Positions 20,447-29,665 of a stretch of 64,000 nucleotides of DNA are shown here, piece after piece. How positions within the stretch are numbered: the stretch's first letter is position 1; each line of letters starts with the position of its first letter. Under the pieces are notes generated by a model. The model saw nothing but the letters and a program-made list of their open reading frames with translations, was not told the DNA's origin and ran no database searches. The position numbers and the translations under genes were made by a program. The DNA is from Bacillota bacterium (lineage in GTDB: Bacteria; Bacillota; Clostridia; Christensenellales; CAG-138), in assembly GCA_023390655.1 (NCBI GenBank), contig JAEWCL010000004.1, positions 92,087 to 156,086 of the forward strand, written 5' to 3'.

Positions 20447-20884
20447 TTATGATACCCTGCGTATGGAATGGATCCGAAGACCGCGAGGCTCTGTTCCCAT
20501 TGCCTCGGCAATGGCCCCCGCAATTGCGGCCACAAACTCGCCCCGGCCCGCAGAGCGTCCCTCTACAGGGCGGATAGAATGGATCCGAAGGCCATTCGGC
20601 TCTGTGCCCATCTGCATCGCAATCGCCGCAGAAACTGCCGCGACAAACTCGCCGCGCCCTAAACTTTTGCCGTCCACACGCCGGATGGAATGAATCCGGA
20701 GACCGCTCGGCTCCGTTCCCATATGCGTGGCGATGGCGGAGGCGATTGCCGCAACAAACTGCGGCCTGTTTGCAATCGCTTCAGGTACGGACACCGGCGC
20801 CGCTGCTGCGGGAGCCATTGGCTCTGCTTCCGCCTTTTTCACAAATAAGCCGCGAAACCAACTTTTAATTCCCAATGCTTTCAC
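20447..20884 (-). CDS. soluble protein built of three tandem OadG-C-terminal-like modules
   Basis: Three 37-aa repeats (R/G)xFVAA(I/V)xxAIAxxMGTEPxGLRIHSIR(R/P)V. First gene of the operon. GTG 20884 or TTG 20875 start downstream of AGGAGGTGA. In-frame TAA TAG stops lie immediately upstream. No hydrophobic helix. Confidence 0.6.
   Translation of the reverse strand: MKALGIKSWFRGLFVKKAEAEPMAPAAAAPVSVPEAIANRPQFVAAIASAIATHMGTEPSGLRIHSIRRVDGKSLGRGEFVAAVSAAIAMQMGTEPNGLRIHSIRPVEGRSAGRGEFVAAIAGAIAEAMGTEPRGLRIHSIRRVS
20450..20767 (-). repeat. 111-bp coding tandem repeat x ~2.9
   Basis: Repeat units encode aa 40-76, 77-113 and 114-145 of the 20447..20884 protein. The nucleotide copies are clearly related but diverged (many synonymous and conservative changes). 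Confidence 0.85.
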
Positions 20885-21039
20885 CTCCTATTAAAAGATT
20901 TTCTTATGGCAATGCAAGATCAGTTTGTCAGAGATTATTGCTCCAGGTGATACAATCCAAAATTTCCGCATTTTATTATAATTTTATTTTAACATCAAAT
21001 ATTCACGTATATCAAGCGCATTTTCTAAATTTCGCGCAG

Positions 21040-21082
21040 AAAAAGGGGCCCTGCGGCATATTCCCCGCACAGCCCTTTTTTT
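21040..21082 (-). terminator. terminator after rluB (bidirectional architecture)
   Basis: AAAAA-GGGGCCCTGCGG...CCGCACAGCCC-TTTTTTT. On the minus strand the stem is followed by TTTTTC. It lies just downstream of the rluB stop at 21103. Confidence 0.55.
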
Positions 21083-21102
21083 GTTACTACATTCCGTTAT
21101 AA

Positions 21103-21831
21103 TCATTTTTTATCATTCTGCAGCAATGAGTCGAGCCATGCAAGCTCTCCATGCGTCAAATACCGCCACTCCCCCGGCTTTAAAGCGCCAAGCGCAAGCG
21201 CGCCCACCTTTTCCCGTTTCAACAGCAGCGTTTTATGTCCCACGGCCTCAATCATGCGCCGCACCTGGCGGTTGCGGCCTTCCCGTATGGTAATCAAAAG
21301 GCTTGTATGCCCCGTCTTCGTGGGACGCACCTGTTCCACCTTGGCGGGGGCCGTCATACCGTCGAAAAGCTCCACGCCGTTCCGCAAGCGCGCGGCCTCC
21401 TCCTGGGTAAGCGTACCATCGCAGACGGCATAATACGTCTTTTCGATTTTATATTTGGGGTGCGTCATAGTCTGGGCAAGCGCACCGTCGTTGGTCATGA
21501 TCAGCAAGCCCTCGGAGTTGATATCAAGCCGGCCTACGTTATAGAGGCGCTGCGGGAAGTCCGTAAAATACGCCTGCACGGTCTTTCTTCCCTCCGGGTC
21601 GCTGCTGGTGGAAACGATGCCGCGCGGCTTATAAAACAGCAGCACCACGCGTTCCGTTTCCTGTTTGAGCGGTCTGCCGTCAAACGTTACAATGTCGCGC
21701 GCTTCCTCCACCGTACTGCCGATGGTTGCAAGTTCGCCATTGACCGTTACGCGGCCCTCGCGGATATAGTCCTCGCACTGGCGGCGTGAAGCAACGCCCG
21801 CCTGCGCCATAAATTTTTGCAACCGCATCAT
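21103..21831 (-). CDS. rluB: 23S rRNA pseudouridine synthase, RsuA/RluB family
   Basis: S4 domain MRLQKFMAQAGVASRRQCEDYIREGRVTVNG and catalytic GRLDINSEGLLIMTNDG. Start at 21831/21828 inside the listed ORF. Confidence 0.9.
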   Translation of the reverse strand: MMRLQKFMAQAGVASRRQCEDYIREGRVTVNGELATIGSTVEEARDIVTFDGRPLKQETERVVLLFYKPRGIVSTSSDPEGRKTVQAYFTDFPQRLYNVGRLDINSEGLLIMTNDGALAQTMTHPKYKIEKTYYAVCDGTLTQEEAARLRNGVELFDGMTAPAKVEQVRPTKTGHTSLLITIREGRNRQVRRMIEAVGHKTLLLKREKVGALALGALKPGEWRYLTHGELAWLDSLLQNDKK

Positions 21832-21865
21832 CGTTCCCCCAACCATCCGTTCTATGCGTTTATTT

Positions 21866-22987
21866 TTACGCGGTCCATTCGCGCGCGATCTCAAAGAGAT
21901 AATACGGAAATTCCTTGCGCAGGACCGTCTCCGACGCAATCAGCGGAACGGTCTGCAGCAGCTTCCCGTCCCCCCACGCTTCGAGCATGCCGACCGCCTG
22001 TCCCGCATACACGGGGGAGTCGATGCTGCGCGGGCTGACCACTTTAAGCGTTACGGCGCTTTCCTGCTCATCTTTGCGCAATGGAATCAGTATATCGTCT
22101 TTGGCGCGTATTTCCAAGGAGTTTTTCATCCCCTTTTCCACTGCGAGCGTGGCGATGGTATCGCCCGCCTTTGCAAACGGCTTCCATGTATATTCGTGGA
22201 AGCCATAATCAAGCATGGCTTTTGCATCGTTCCACATATTCGGGCAATTGAGCACAATGCCGACGATGGTGTTTCCATCCCGCTCCGCGGAAAATGCGAG
22301 ACAGCGGCCGGAAGCTTTGGTAAAGCCGGTTTTGATGCCGTTACCGCCCTCATACTGCCATAGGATCTTATTCTTGTTTTTCAGAGTCCGCGTGACGTCG
22401 CCGGAGGTCGTCTTCCAGTACTTTGCGGATACAATCTTGCGAAAGTCCGGGTTCTGCATGGCTGTACTCGCAATCAAGGCAAGATCATAGGCGGAGGTAT
22501 AGTGCGCATCGTCGTGCAGCCCGTTGGGGGTTACGAAATTGGTATTCGTACAGCCAAGCTCACCTGCCCGGTTGTTCATCAGCTGCGCAAACCCTTCCAC
22601 GGAACCGCCGATGTGGATCGCAAGTGTGACCGCCGCGTCGTTGCCGGAGGAAAGCATGAGGCCATACAGCAGATCCTCAATTTTGATCTTTTCTCCGTTG
22701 TTCAAATACATGCTGGAGCCTTCCATGGCGTACGCTTCTTTTGGCACGGTTACGACCGTATCCAGTGCGCAATTTTCAAGCACTAAGAGCGCCGTCATGA
22801 TCTTTGTGGTGCTCGCCATCGGCAGCTTGGCATGCGCATTCTGTGAAAACAGCACGCGCTTTGTCTTTGCGTCCATCAGCACCGCGCCCGACGCCCCGAT
22901 GGAGGGCGTTGCCGCAAAAGCGGGCAGCGCCGCGCCAATCATGACCAAAAAGGCCAGCAAGAGAAACAGCCAGCGTATCGACTTCAT
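21866..22987 (-). CDS. dacB: D-alanyl-D-alanine carboxypeptidase (PBP5/DacB-like)
   Basis: Signal peptide MKSIRWLFLLLAFLVMIGAALPAFA. SxxK (ASTTKIMT), SxN (SSGND), KTG (GIKTGFT). Confidence 0.9.
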   Translation of the reverse strand: MKSIRWLFLLLAFLVMIGAALPAFAATPSIGASGAVLMDAKTKRVLFSQNAHAKLPMASTTKIMTALLVLENCALDTVVTVPKEAYAMEGSSMYLNNGEKIKIEDLLYGLMLSSGNDAAVTLAIHIGGSVEGFAQLMNNRAGELGCTNTNFVTPNGLHDDAHYTSAYDLALIASTAMQNPDFRKIVSAKYWKTTSGDVTRTLKNKNKILWQYEGGNGIKTGFTKASGRCLAFSAERDGNTIVGIVLNCPNMWNDAKAMLDYGFHEYTWKPFAKAGDTIATLAVEKGMKNSLEIRAKDDILIPLRKDEQESAVTLKVVSPRSIDSPVYAGQAVGMLEAWGDGKLLQTVPLIASETVLRKEFPYYLFEIAREWTA

Positions 22988-23013
22988 AAAATCCAAAATG
23001 CACCGCCCGCAGG

Positions 23014-23493
23014 TCATCCCTGCGGGGCGCTGTCCGTATCACAAGTGCTGCTTGCGGCGTTTGCTGCGGAGGAAGCGCTGCTTTGTGATTCCTGCTGACA
23101 GGAAGCCCGCTTGATCAGCCGGTCCACTTCGCGCAGGGTTTCGGGTACCATTTCGATAATGCGGTCCAAGGTGCAGCTGTAGTTTGCGGGCAATACATGC
23201 ACCACGCCGTCTGTAATGGCCAAAAATGCCATTGGCGTCAGGTTCAATCCGCCTACGGAAGTACCTGCAAACGGAAAACGTCCGTCCTCCTGTTCCACAG
23301 GCTCCCTTCTGCCGTTCTTGGCCGCCGCATATTCGCCGCCGCCGGAGAGGAACCCAAGGCATACGCGGGAAACCGGAATAATGACGGTATCGCTCCCCGT
23401 CATGACGGGATCGCCGACGATGGTGTTAACGTCCACCATTTCCTTGAGCTGTTCCATCGTGGTCTTCATGATGTTTTCGATAGGATGCGCCAT
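23014..23493 (-). CDS. ytfJ: sporulation protein YtfJ (GerW family)
   Basis: MAHPIENIMKTTMEQLKEMVDVNTIVGDPV...IIPVSRVCLGFLSGGGEY matches the YtfJ N-terminus. Ser/Ala-rich C-terminal tail. Confidence 0.85.
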   Translation of the reverse strand: MAHPIENIMKTTMEQLKEMVDVNTIVGDPVMTGSDTVIIPVSRVCLGFLSGGGEYAAAKNGRREPVEQEDGRFPFAGTSVGGLNLTPMAFLAITDGVVHVLPANYSCTLDRIIEMVPETLREVDRLIKRASCQQESQSSASSAANAASSTCDTDSAPQG

Positions 23494-24188
23494 ACTATTG
23501 CTTGCCCCTTTCTGTTCTTCAAATGCCATATAAGGATGGCGCTAATAATATGGACGGGCGGGCAACAGGCTATGCCTTCCAAATTTAGCCGAAAATTGTC
23601 TTTTGCAAAATCCGGGCGCACATCAAGGCGAAGCGGCGCATCGCGTTTTTCCGCCCCCGCATAGGCATACGACGCCTGCAGGAAGGAAAGAAGCAGCCCC
23701 GTAAACAACACGGTCAGAAACGCATCATCCCGTATGCCAAGTTCGCCGCGGATTTCCAGCTTTTTGATGTTGATATGCCGCCAAATCTTCGCAAACGGCA
23801 GTCCCATGCGCCCTTCCTTGGGCTTTTCCTTTCTGGCCTGCCCCGGCTTCCACAGCACACGGGGCGGTTCTTTCCCTTGGTATAACAGCACCGTAAGCGG
23901 CGGTTCCTCATACAGATTGGCGCGCAACCGGTAATGGAGCTTAATGAGTCCCCGAAAAAAGCGCACATCCACATCCGCCTGCGCGCCGCGCGGCATGGTA
24001 AGAGCGGCCGAGAGCGTAAGCTCTACCGGCCACCACAGCGCCGCAACGATCAGCGCGGCGAAAAAAAGCAGAACAATCACTGCCGGATGCAAGGGCCACC
24101 CCCTCCCTCTCTCTCTTTTCAATTGCTTCTTAAGCTGCGGCACATAAAAAGAGACATGCTTTAGCATGCCCCTTTTCTGAAAAATCAT
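23466..24188 (-). CDS. ytfI: DUF2953 protein (YtfI-like sporulation protein)
   Basis: N-terminal TM (AVIVLLFFAALIVAALWW), then the repetitive beta-rich DUF2953-like pattern. Conserved pairing directly upstream of ytfJ (28-nt overlap). Confidence 0.7.
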   Translation of the reverse strand: MIFQKRGMLKHVSFYVPQLKKQLKRERGRGWPLHPAVIVLLFFAALIVAALWWPVELTLSAALTMPRGAQADVDVRFFRGLIKLHYRLRANLYEEPPLTVLLYQGKEPPRVLWKPGQARKEKPKEGRMGLPFAKIWRHINIKKLEIRGELGIRDDAFLTVLFTGLLLSFLQASYAYAGAEKRDAPLRLDVRPDFAKDNFRLNLEGIACCPPVHIISAILIWHLKNRKGQAIVWRILSKTS

Positions 24189-24217
24189 GAGAGAACCGGT
24201 AAATTCTTGAAGGAATT

Positions 24218-25729
24218 TTAATACCCTAGGTCAATCGCCTTTTGCAGTACCTTCGCCGCGATGGGCGCGGCGTACCTGCCGCCGCTGCCGCCTTTTTCAA
24301 GAACGACGCAGATAGCAAGCGGATGCGCCTCCTCCTCCACAAAGCCGATAAACCAGGCATTTGCCGCGGCTTCGCCTGAGGATACTTCTGCGGTACCGGT
24401 TTTGCCCGCCACCGTTACGCCGGATACCTTGGCGCGCGTACCCGTGCCGCCCTTGACGGTTTCCACCATGAAAGCTTTGAGGAGTTCCGCTTCCGCGGCG
24501 GTCATCGCCTTCCGTTCCGTCTTTGTCACCATCTGATGGGTGGGGATGCCCAGCGCCGTCTTCACCTCTTTTAAAAGCTTGGGCTGCACCATAATGCCGT
24601 CGTTTGCGACAGAGGCCGCAAGCATGCACATGTGGAGCGGCGTTTCCAAATCCGTGTACTGCCCCACGCCGGACCACGCAAGGTCAACGTCCGTCTTCGC
24701 CTTTTCAAAGCTTCCTGTGGCGGTCACCATATCGTCAAACAAAAAATCTTCCCCGATGCCAACCTCTTTTGCAACGCGCGCAAGGCGCTCCGCGCCAAGC
24801 TCCATCGCCAGCTGTGCAAACACATGGTTGCAGGATTTTGCGAACGCCGTCTTAAGCGTAAGCTCGCCGTGGTATTCCTCGTTATAGTCGCGCACCACGC
24901 GATAGCCCTTTAGCATGCCCGCCTTGTCTTCCGCATTTTCCTGACCGGATTCCGTCTGCCCGCTTTCATCGAGCGCCAGATGGACATTGGGCAGGTATTT
25001 TCCTGTCTTTTCCTCAAAGGCAAGCGGCCCATCGCAGGTAAAGGTGCGTTCCGTGACGCCCGGAAGGTACCGGATTGCGGCAAGCGCCGTTACCACCTTG
25101 AATACGGACCCCGGCGTATACCGGCCGGAGGTGACGCGGTTGACCATGGCGCTTTCATCGAGCGCCCGCTCGCCGTTTAAATACTCCTGCACATACTTAG
25201 GGTCAAATGTGGGCTGGCTGACGGAGGCTAAAATCTCGCCTGTTTGATAATTCATCACCACCACCGCACCCCGGCGGTCGTCCATGGCGGCATAGGCGGC
25301 GTCAGAAAGCCTCGCGTCAATGGTCAGCGCAACGTCGGACCCCATCATGGGTTTCCCGGAAAATGCCGCCGTAACGCGCTCCGCAATGCTTTGGTCAAAG
25401 CCCAGCAGGTATTTGGAAAAAAAGTTTTCCGCGCCGAACGTCTGCCCGTAATTGTCACCTACCACATGGGAGGTGGCGCGCCTGATGGAACTGTCGTCAA
25501 TATATACCCTGTCGCCATCGGCATTGGTTGTCGCGAGCACCTTGCCGTTGCGATCGAGAATGTCGCCTGCAATCACATTGTTTTTCTGGGCATTGAGCCG
25601 GGTGTTGTACGGGCTTGAAAACCAGCGCGTGCCGTACTGGTTCACCGTGTATACGAGATAGATGCTCAGTACCACGAACATGGCACAAAACGCAATCAGC
25701 AGCCCCTTGATGTTGTTTCTGGTATTCAC
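24218..25729 (-). CDS. penicillin-binding protein 2 / peptidoglycan D,D-transpeptidase (PbpA-type)
   Basis: SxxK (GSVFKVVTA), SxN (KSCNHVF), KTGT (AGKTGTAEV). GTG start at 25729 preceded by GGGAGGGA. N-terminal TM. Confidence 0.9.
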   Translation of the reverse strand: MNTRNNIKGLLIAFCAMFVVLSIYLVYTVNQYGTRWFSSPYNTRLNAQKNNVIAGDILDRNGKVLATTNADGDRVYIDDSSIRRATSHVVGDNYGQTFGAENFFSKYLLGFDQSIAERVTAAFSGKPMMGSDVALTIDARLSDAAYAAMDDRRGAVVVMNYQTGEILASVSQPTFDPKYVQEYLNGERALDESAMVNRVTSGRYTPGSVFKVVTALAAIRYLPGVTERTFTCDGPLAFEEKTGKYLPNVHLALDESGQTESGQENAEDKAGMLKGYRVVRDYNEEYHGELTLKTAFAKSCNHVFAQLAMELGAERLARVAKEVGIGEDFLFDDMVTATGSFEKAKTDVDLAWSGVGQYTDLETPLHMCMLAASVANDGIMVQPKLLKEVKTALGIPTHQMVTKTERKAMTAAEAELLKAFMVETVKGGTGTRAKVSGVTVAGKTGTAEVSSGEAAANAWFIGFVEEEAHPLAICVVLEKGGSGGRYAAPIAAKVLQKAIDLGY

Positions 25730-25769
25730 GTGAGCATCCCTCCCTTCCCGCGGTATTTTCTGATGCCGA

Positions 25770-27014
25770 TCATGCCGCCATTTCCTTGAGCGCGCGCTCA
25801 AGCGTTTCCCCGCCCTGTATGGCAACACCCTCCAGGATGCCTAAGAGCATCATGCTGGCGATCATGGAGCTGCCCCCATAGCTGACAAACGGCAGCGTGA
25901 TGCCGGTAAGCGGGATCAGCTTAATCACGCCCCCAATAATGATAAAGCTTTGCAGCGTAATGAACGCCGTGCAGCCAAACGCCACAAGCATGGTGAACCG
26001 GTCCGGCGCGTTGAGCGCAATGAGCGCCCCGCGTACGATAAACACCAGGTAAAACGCGATGATGCATACGCCGAATATCACGCCGAATTCTTCACAGATG
26101 ACGGCAAAAATATAGTCCGTGTGATACGCGGGGATCAGCTTTGGCGAGCCGCGCGTCAGCCCCATGCCCCAAAGCCCGCCGCTTGCGATCGCCATCAGCC
26201 CCTGCGCGATCTGGTAGCCATTGCCGGAATAGGTGGCCCACGGGTTTTTCCAGATGGCAACGCGCACGCGCACGTGGTCAAACAGGTAATAGCTTGCGAC
26301 AGCACCCACGCTGCCGCCCGCAAGCCCCATCAACGTAAGGGCCTTATTCCCCGTTGCGGCGTAAAATACGATGAGCGACGCCAATGCGATGAGTACCGCA
26401 GCACCCAAATCGCGCTCAATGACGAGCAGCCCCACCACCGCCACCACGTATAGAAGCAGCGGCCAGATGCCCCTGACCTCACGCGAGCTTGCAAGCCAGT
26501 GCGCAAGCACGAATACGGTGGCGACCTTCACAAACTCCGACGGCTGGAAGTTTTGCCCGCCGATGGTAATCCAGTTTTTTGCGCCGTATACTTCATCCCC
26601 GATAACGAACAATACGGCAAGTATGCCGATTGCCCCCGCCATCAGCAGCCAGTTGATGCGGCGAAAAAAGTTTGGAAACCGCATGAAGAGGATCGCGAGT
26701 ACCATCGCAAGCATGCCCACGCCAAACCACATGATCTGCTTGAACGCGATATCCGGATCGATCCGGTACTGGACGATGAGCCCAATCGCAACAAGCACGT
26801 TTGCAATGATAAGCAGGTACCGGTCCACATGCCGGAAGATGAAGGTAAGCGCAATATACTGAAACAGCAGCAGCCCTACGAGGATGCCGCCGAAGATAAA
26901 GGCGTTGAAGTCAAGCGCCGCGTCGCGGAACGCAAGCAGACAGAACGCGCTCAATTCAAACAGGATGATAATTGTCAGTAAGCCTGCCGCGCTCACATGT
27001 TTCCATCTATGCAT
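25770..27014 (-). CDS. FtsW/RodA/SpoVE family peptidoglycan polymerase
   Basis: About 10 TM helices. SEDS-type segments (QPSEFVKVATVFVLAHW, GIFGVCIIAFYLVFIVRG, PLTGITLPFVSYGGSSM). Start MHRWKHVSAAG at 27014. Confidence 0.9.
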   Translation of the reverse strand: MHRWKHVSAAGLLTIIILFELSAFCLLAFRDAALDFNAFIFGGILVGLLLFQYIALTFIFRHVDRYLLIIANVLVAIGLIVQYRIDPDIAFKQIMWFGVGMLAMVLAILFMRFPNFFRRINWLLMAGAIGILAVLFVIGDEVYGAKNWITIGGQNFQPSEFVKVATVFVLAHWLASSREVRGIWPLLLYVVAVVGLLVIERDLGAAVLIALASLIVFYAATGNKALTLMGLAGGSVGAVASYYLFDHVRVRVAIWKNPWATYSGNGYQIAQGLMAIASGGLWGMGLTRGSPKLIPAYHTDYIFAVICEEFGVIFGVCIIAFYLVFIVRGALIALNAPDRFTMLVAFGCTAFITLQSFIIIGGVIKLIPLTGITLPFVSYGGSSMIASMMLLGILEGVAIQGGETLERALKEMAA

Positions 27015-27480
27015 CCGCTTCTTCCTCCTCCTCTCCGGCGAGATGGAGCACCACCACAAGCTCACCCAGCTCCAGGGTGTCGCCCGTGTATAAAAGCTCG
27101 TCCTTCTTTTTGACGATGCGCTCGCCGTTTAAGAGTACTCCTACGCTCGATCCGTAATCCGCAAGATAGAGCCCATCCTTTTTTTCAAACAAAAACGCAT
27201 GCACGGGTGCAAGCGTATTCAACTGCACACTGATGTCGCACCGCTTGGCACGGCCAATGGTATTTTCCCGTTTGAGCGGATATTTGGTACCACTCAATTC
27301 TTCGGGAGAAACCACCTCCAAGTAGCCTGGGGAAACGCTTCGCACCTTCTGCTTGATCTGCTGCACGGTCCTAAATTCCTTGACGGAGTGCTGCACCAGA
27401 CGCAGCAGGATATAAAGAATGAGGATCAGGAAAAAATAGCGCATGCCCACTGCCACAATATCGTATGCGTTTTCATACAT
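27007..27480 (-). CDS. membrane-anchored FHA-domain protein (FhaB/FipA-like)
   Basis: N-terminal TM (YFFLILILYILLRLV) and FHA core TIGRAKRCDISV...VHAFLFEKKDGLYLADYGSSVGVLLNGERI. Overlaps the FtsW/RodA start by 8 nt. Confidence 0.85.
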   Translation of the reverse strand: MYENAYDIVAVGMRYFFLILILYILLRLVQHSVKEFRTVQQIKQKVRSVSPGYLEVVSPEELSGTKYPLKRENTIGRAKRCDISVQLNTLAPVHAFLFEKKDGLYLADYGSSVGVLLNGERIVKKKDELLYTGDTLELGELVVVLHLAGEEEEEADA

Positions 27481-27634
27481 TGGTTTCCCGTCCCCCTTTC
27501 CACAGTATCTGTAAGCCTCTTACACAAAGCAGACGATTTCATCAAAATCATACCACAAAGCCGCGCATGAAGACATGGCGGCTTTATGAATTTTCTTGTA
27601 TGAAATTGGAAGATATCCGGTTTTAAGGGCTGGC

Positions 27635-29665
27635 TCAGCGGGCGTTACTCCGCCGTTTCGGCAGCAGACGCAGGGCGTTCAATACGCAGATGAGCGTGGT
27701 GCCCACATCCGCAAACACTGCCATCCACATGTTGGCAATGCCGACCGCGCCAAGGATCATCACAAGGATTTTAATGCCAATCGCAAATGCGATATTCATT
27801 TTTGCAATGGACATGGTGCTGCGGCTCACCGCAATGGCGTCCGGCACCGCGCGCAGCTCCGGCGTCAGCAATACGACGTCCGCCGCTTCCACCGCCATAT
27901 CCGTACCCGTTCCGCCGATCGCCATGCCGATATCCGCGCCCATGAGCACAGGAGCATCGTTGATGCCGTCTCCAACAAACAGGACGTTGCCATGTTCGTT
28001 CCGGATCTCCTGCATGCGGCTGAGCTTGTTTTCCGGCAGCAGCTTGTAGGAGACGCCTTTGACGCCCGTAGCGTTTGCAATTTCTTCCGCAGGCGCCTGT
28101 GCGTCGCCTGTTAGGATCGCGGTATAGCCAACCAGAGCGTTGAGCATGCCGATCGCTTCCTTTGCGTCGGCTTTTAATTCGTCCGCAATGAGAACCGCGC
28201 CCGCATAGCTATCCTCTACCGCAAGATACGCAACCGTGCCGGAAAGTTCCTGCGGCACTTTTACGCCTTGCTCCATAAGCAGACGCATATTGCCGATAAG
28301 CACCCGTTTGCCGGATACTGCGGCGATTACGCCGCGGCCTGCAACCTCCTGTACCTCTTCTGCCGGTACATAGTCCCCTGCTGCCGTGCGGATGGCGCTT
28401 GCGACCGGGTGGGGGCTGAAGTGTTCCGCGGAAGCGGCAAGCCTTAATAGTTCTTCTTCCGTAAATCCGTCTGCGGGCAGCACCTCTCTCACCTTGAATA
28501 CGCCGTGAGTCAGCGTGCCTGTTTTATCAAACACGGCGGATTGGACGTTTGCAAGCTGCTCCATGCGGTTTGCGCCTTTAAAAAGCACCCCGCGCGAGGA
28601 GGCGTTTGCTAAGCCCGCAAAGAATGTAAGCGGTACGCTGATGACAAGCGCGCAGGGGCAGGAAATAACAAGGAAGATCAATGCCCTGTGCACCCACTCC
28701 GAAAACGGTCCCGCGCCAGCAAGCGGCGGAATCACCGCAAGCAGCGCCGCGATGCCGACGACAATGGGCGTGTATACGCGCGCAAACCGCGTGATGAAAT
28801 TCTCCAGCTTGGGCTTTCCCTTTGCCGCATCTTCCACCGCACGCAACACACGGCTGACGGCGGACTCCGCGGCGGGGCGCGTCACCCGAACAGTGATCGG
28901 CCCTGTCTGGTTGATGCCGCCCGCCATCACCTCGCGGCCTACGCGCACACGCACCGGAACCGATTCGCCGGTGAGCGCGCTAAAATCCACCAGGCTTTCG
29001 CCCGCATACACTTCGCCGTCGAGCGGGATACGCTCGCCGGGGTTGACAAGCACCAGTTCGCCGATCTGCACTTCGGCAGGGTCGATGACCGCAAACGCGC
29101 CGTCGCGCGCAACGCGCGCGGTATCCGGCCTTAGCCCGACCGCGGCGCGGATGCTCCGGCGGGAACGGCCCACCGCCATATCCTGAAAATATTCGCCCAC
29201 GCGGTAAAACAACATCACGGCGACAGCCTCGTCATAATCGCCCAGGATCAAAGCGCCAATCGTCGCAACGCCCATCAAAAAGCTTTCGCCAAACACCTGC
29301 CCGCGCAGGATATCTTTGCCCGCCTGTAACAGCACCGGCGCGCCAAGCAGCGCATAGGCCGCAAGGTTCAGCAGGAGGTGGACTATCCCTTCCGTAAAGA
29401 ACGCGCCCACAAACAGCACCGCGCCAACCGCGATAGGCAGCCACAGCTTCCACGGTTCTTCCGCTTCCGCCCCATGTTCATGGCTGTGCCCGCAGCTTGC
29501 GCAGGAGGCGCAGCAGCCGTCCTCTTCCTCCGCATGCGTGTGGTCATGGCTGTGCGCATGTCCGTCTTCCCTTACTGCACAGGCGCCGCCGCATTCCTGA
29601 GCGTCTTTCATCCATTCCTCTTCCATACCGTGTACTGTGTTCCGTTCAACCTCTGCGCCGTTCAT
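27635..29665 (-). CDS. P1B-2 type heavy-metal (Zn/Cd/Pb-type) translocating ATPase
   Basis: FDKTGTLT, GDGINDAP, TM6 SCPCAL. TM7 Lys (AFAIGIKIL) and TM8 Asp (FADVGTTLICVLNALRLL). The N-terminus is His/Cys-rich (HAHSHDHTHAEEEDGCCASCASCGHSHEHG) in place of an HMA fold. ATGA overlap with the ArsR gene. Confidence 0.9.
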   Translation of the reverse strand: MNGAEVERNTVHGMEEEWMKDAQECGGACAVREDGHAHSHDHTHAEEEDGCCASCASCGHSHEHGAEAEEPWKLWLPIAVGAVLFVGAFFTEGIVHLLLNLAAYALLGAPVLLQAGKDILRGQVFGESFLMGVATIGALILGDYDEAVAVMLFYRVGEYFQDMAVGRSRRSIRAAVGLRPDTARVARDGAFAVIDPAEVQIGELVLVNPGERIPLDGEVYAGESLVDFSALTGESVPVRVRVGREVMAGGINQTGPITVRVTRPAAESAVSRVLRAVEDAAKGKPKLENFITRFARVYTPIVVGIAALLAVIPPLAGAGPFSEWVHRALIFLVISCPCALVISVPLTFFAGLANASSRGVLFKGANRMEQLANVQSAVFDKTGTLTHGVFKVREVLPADGFTEEELLRLAASAEHFSPHPVASAIRTAAGDYVPAEEVQEVAGRGVIAAVSGKRVLIGNMRLLMEQGVKVPQELSGTVAYLAVEDSYAGAVLIADELKADAKEAIGMLNALVGYTAILTGDAQAPAEEIANATGVKGVSYKLLPENKLSRMQEIRNEHGNVLFVGDGINDAPVLMGADIGMAIGGTGTDMAVEAADVVLLTPELRAVPDAIAVSRSTMSIAKMNIAFAIGIKILVMILGAVGIANMWMAVFADVGTTLICVLNALRLLPKRRSNAR

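Noticed and set aside
20450-20767. Regular 111-bp tandem repeat that might be mistaken for a repeat array or CRISPR-like structure
   Set aside because: There is no repeat-spacer organisation. The units are contiguous, in frame, and encode three copies of a protein module. No cas genes are present in the window.
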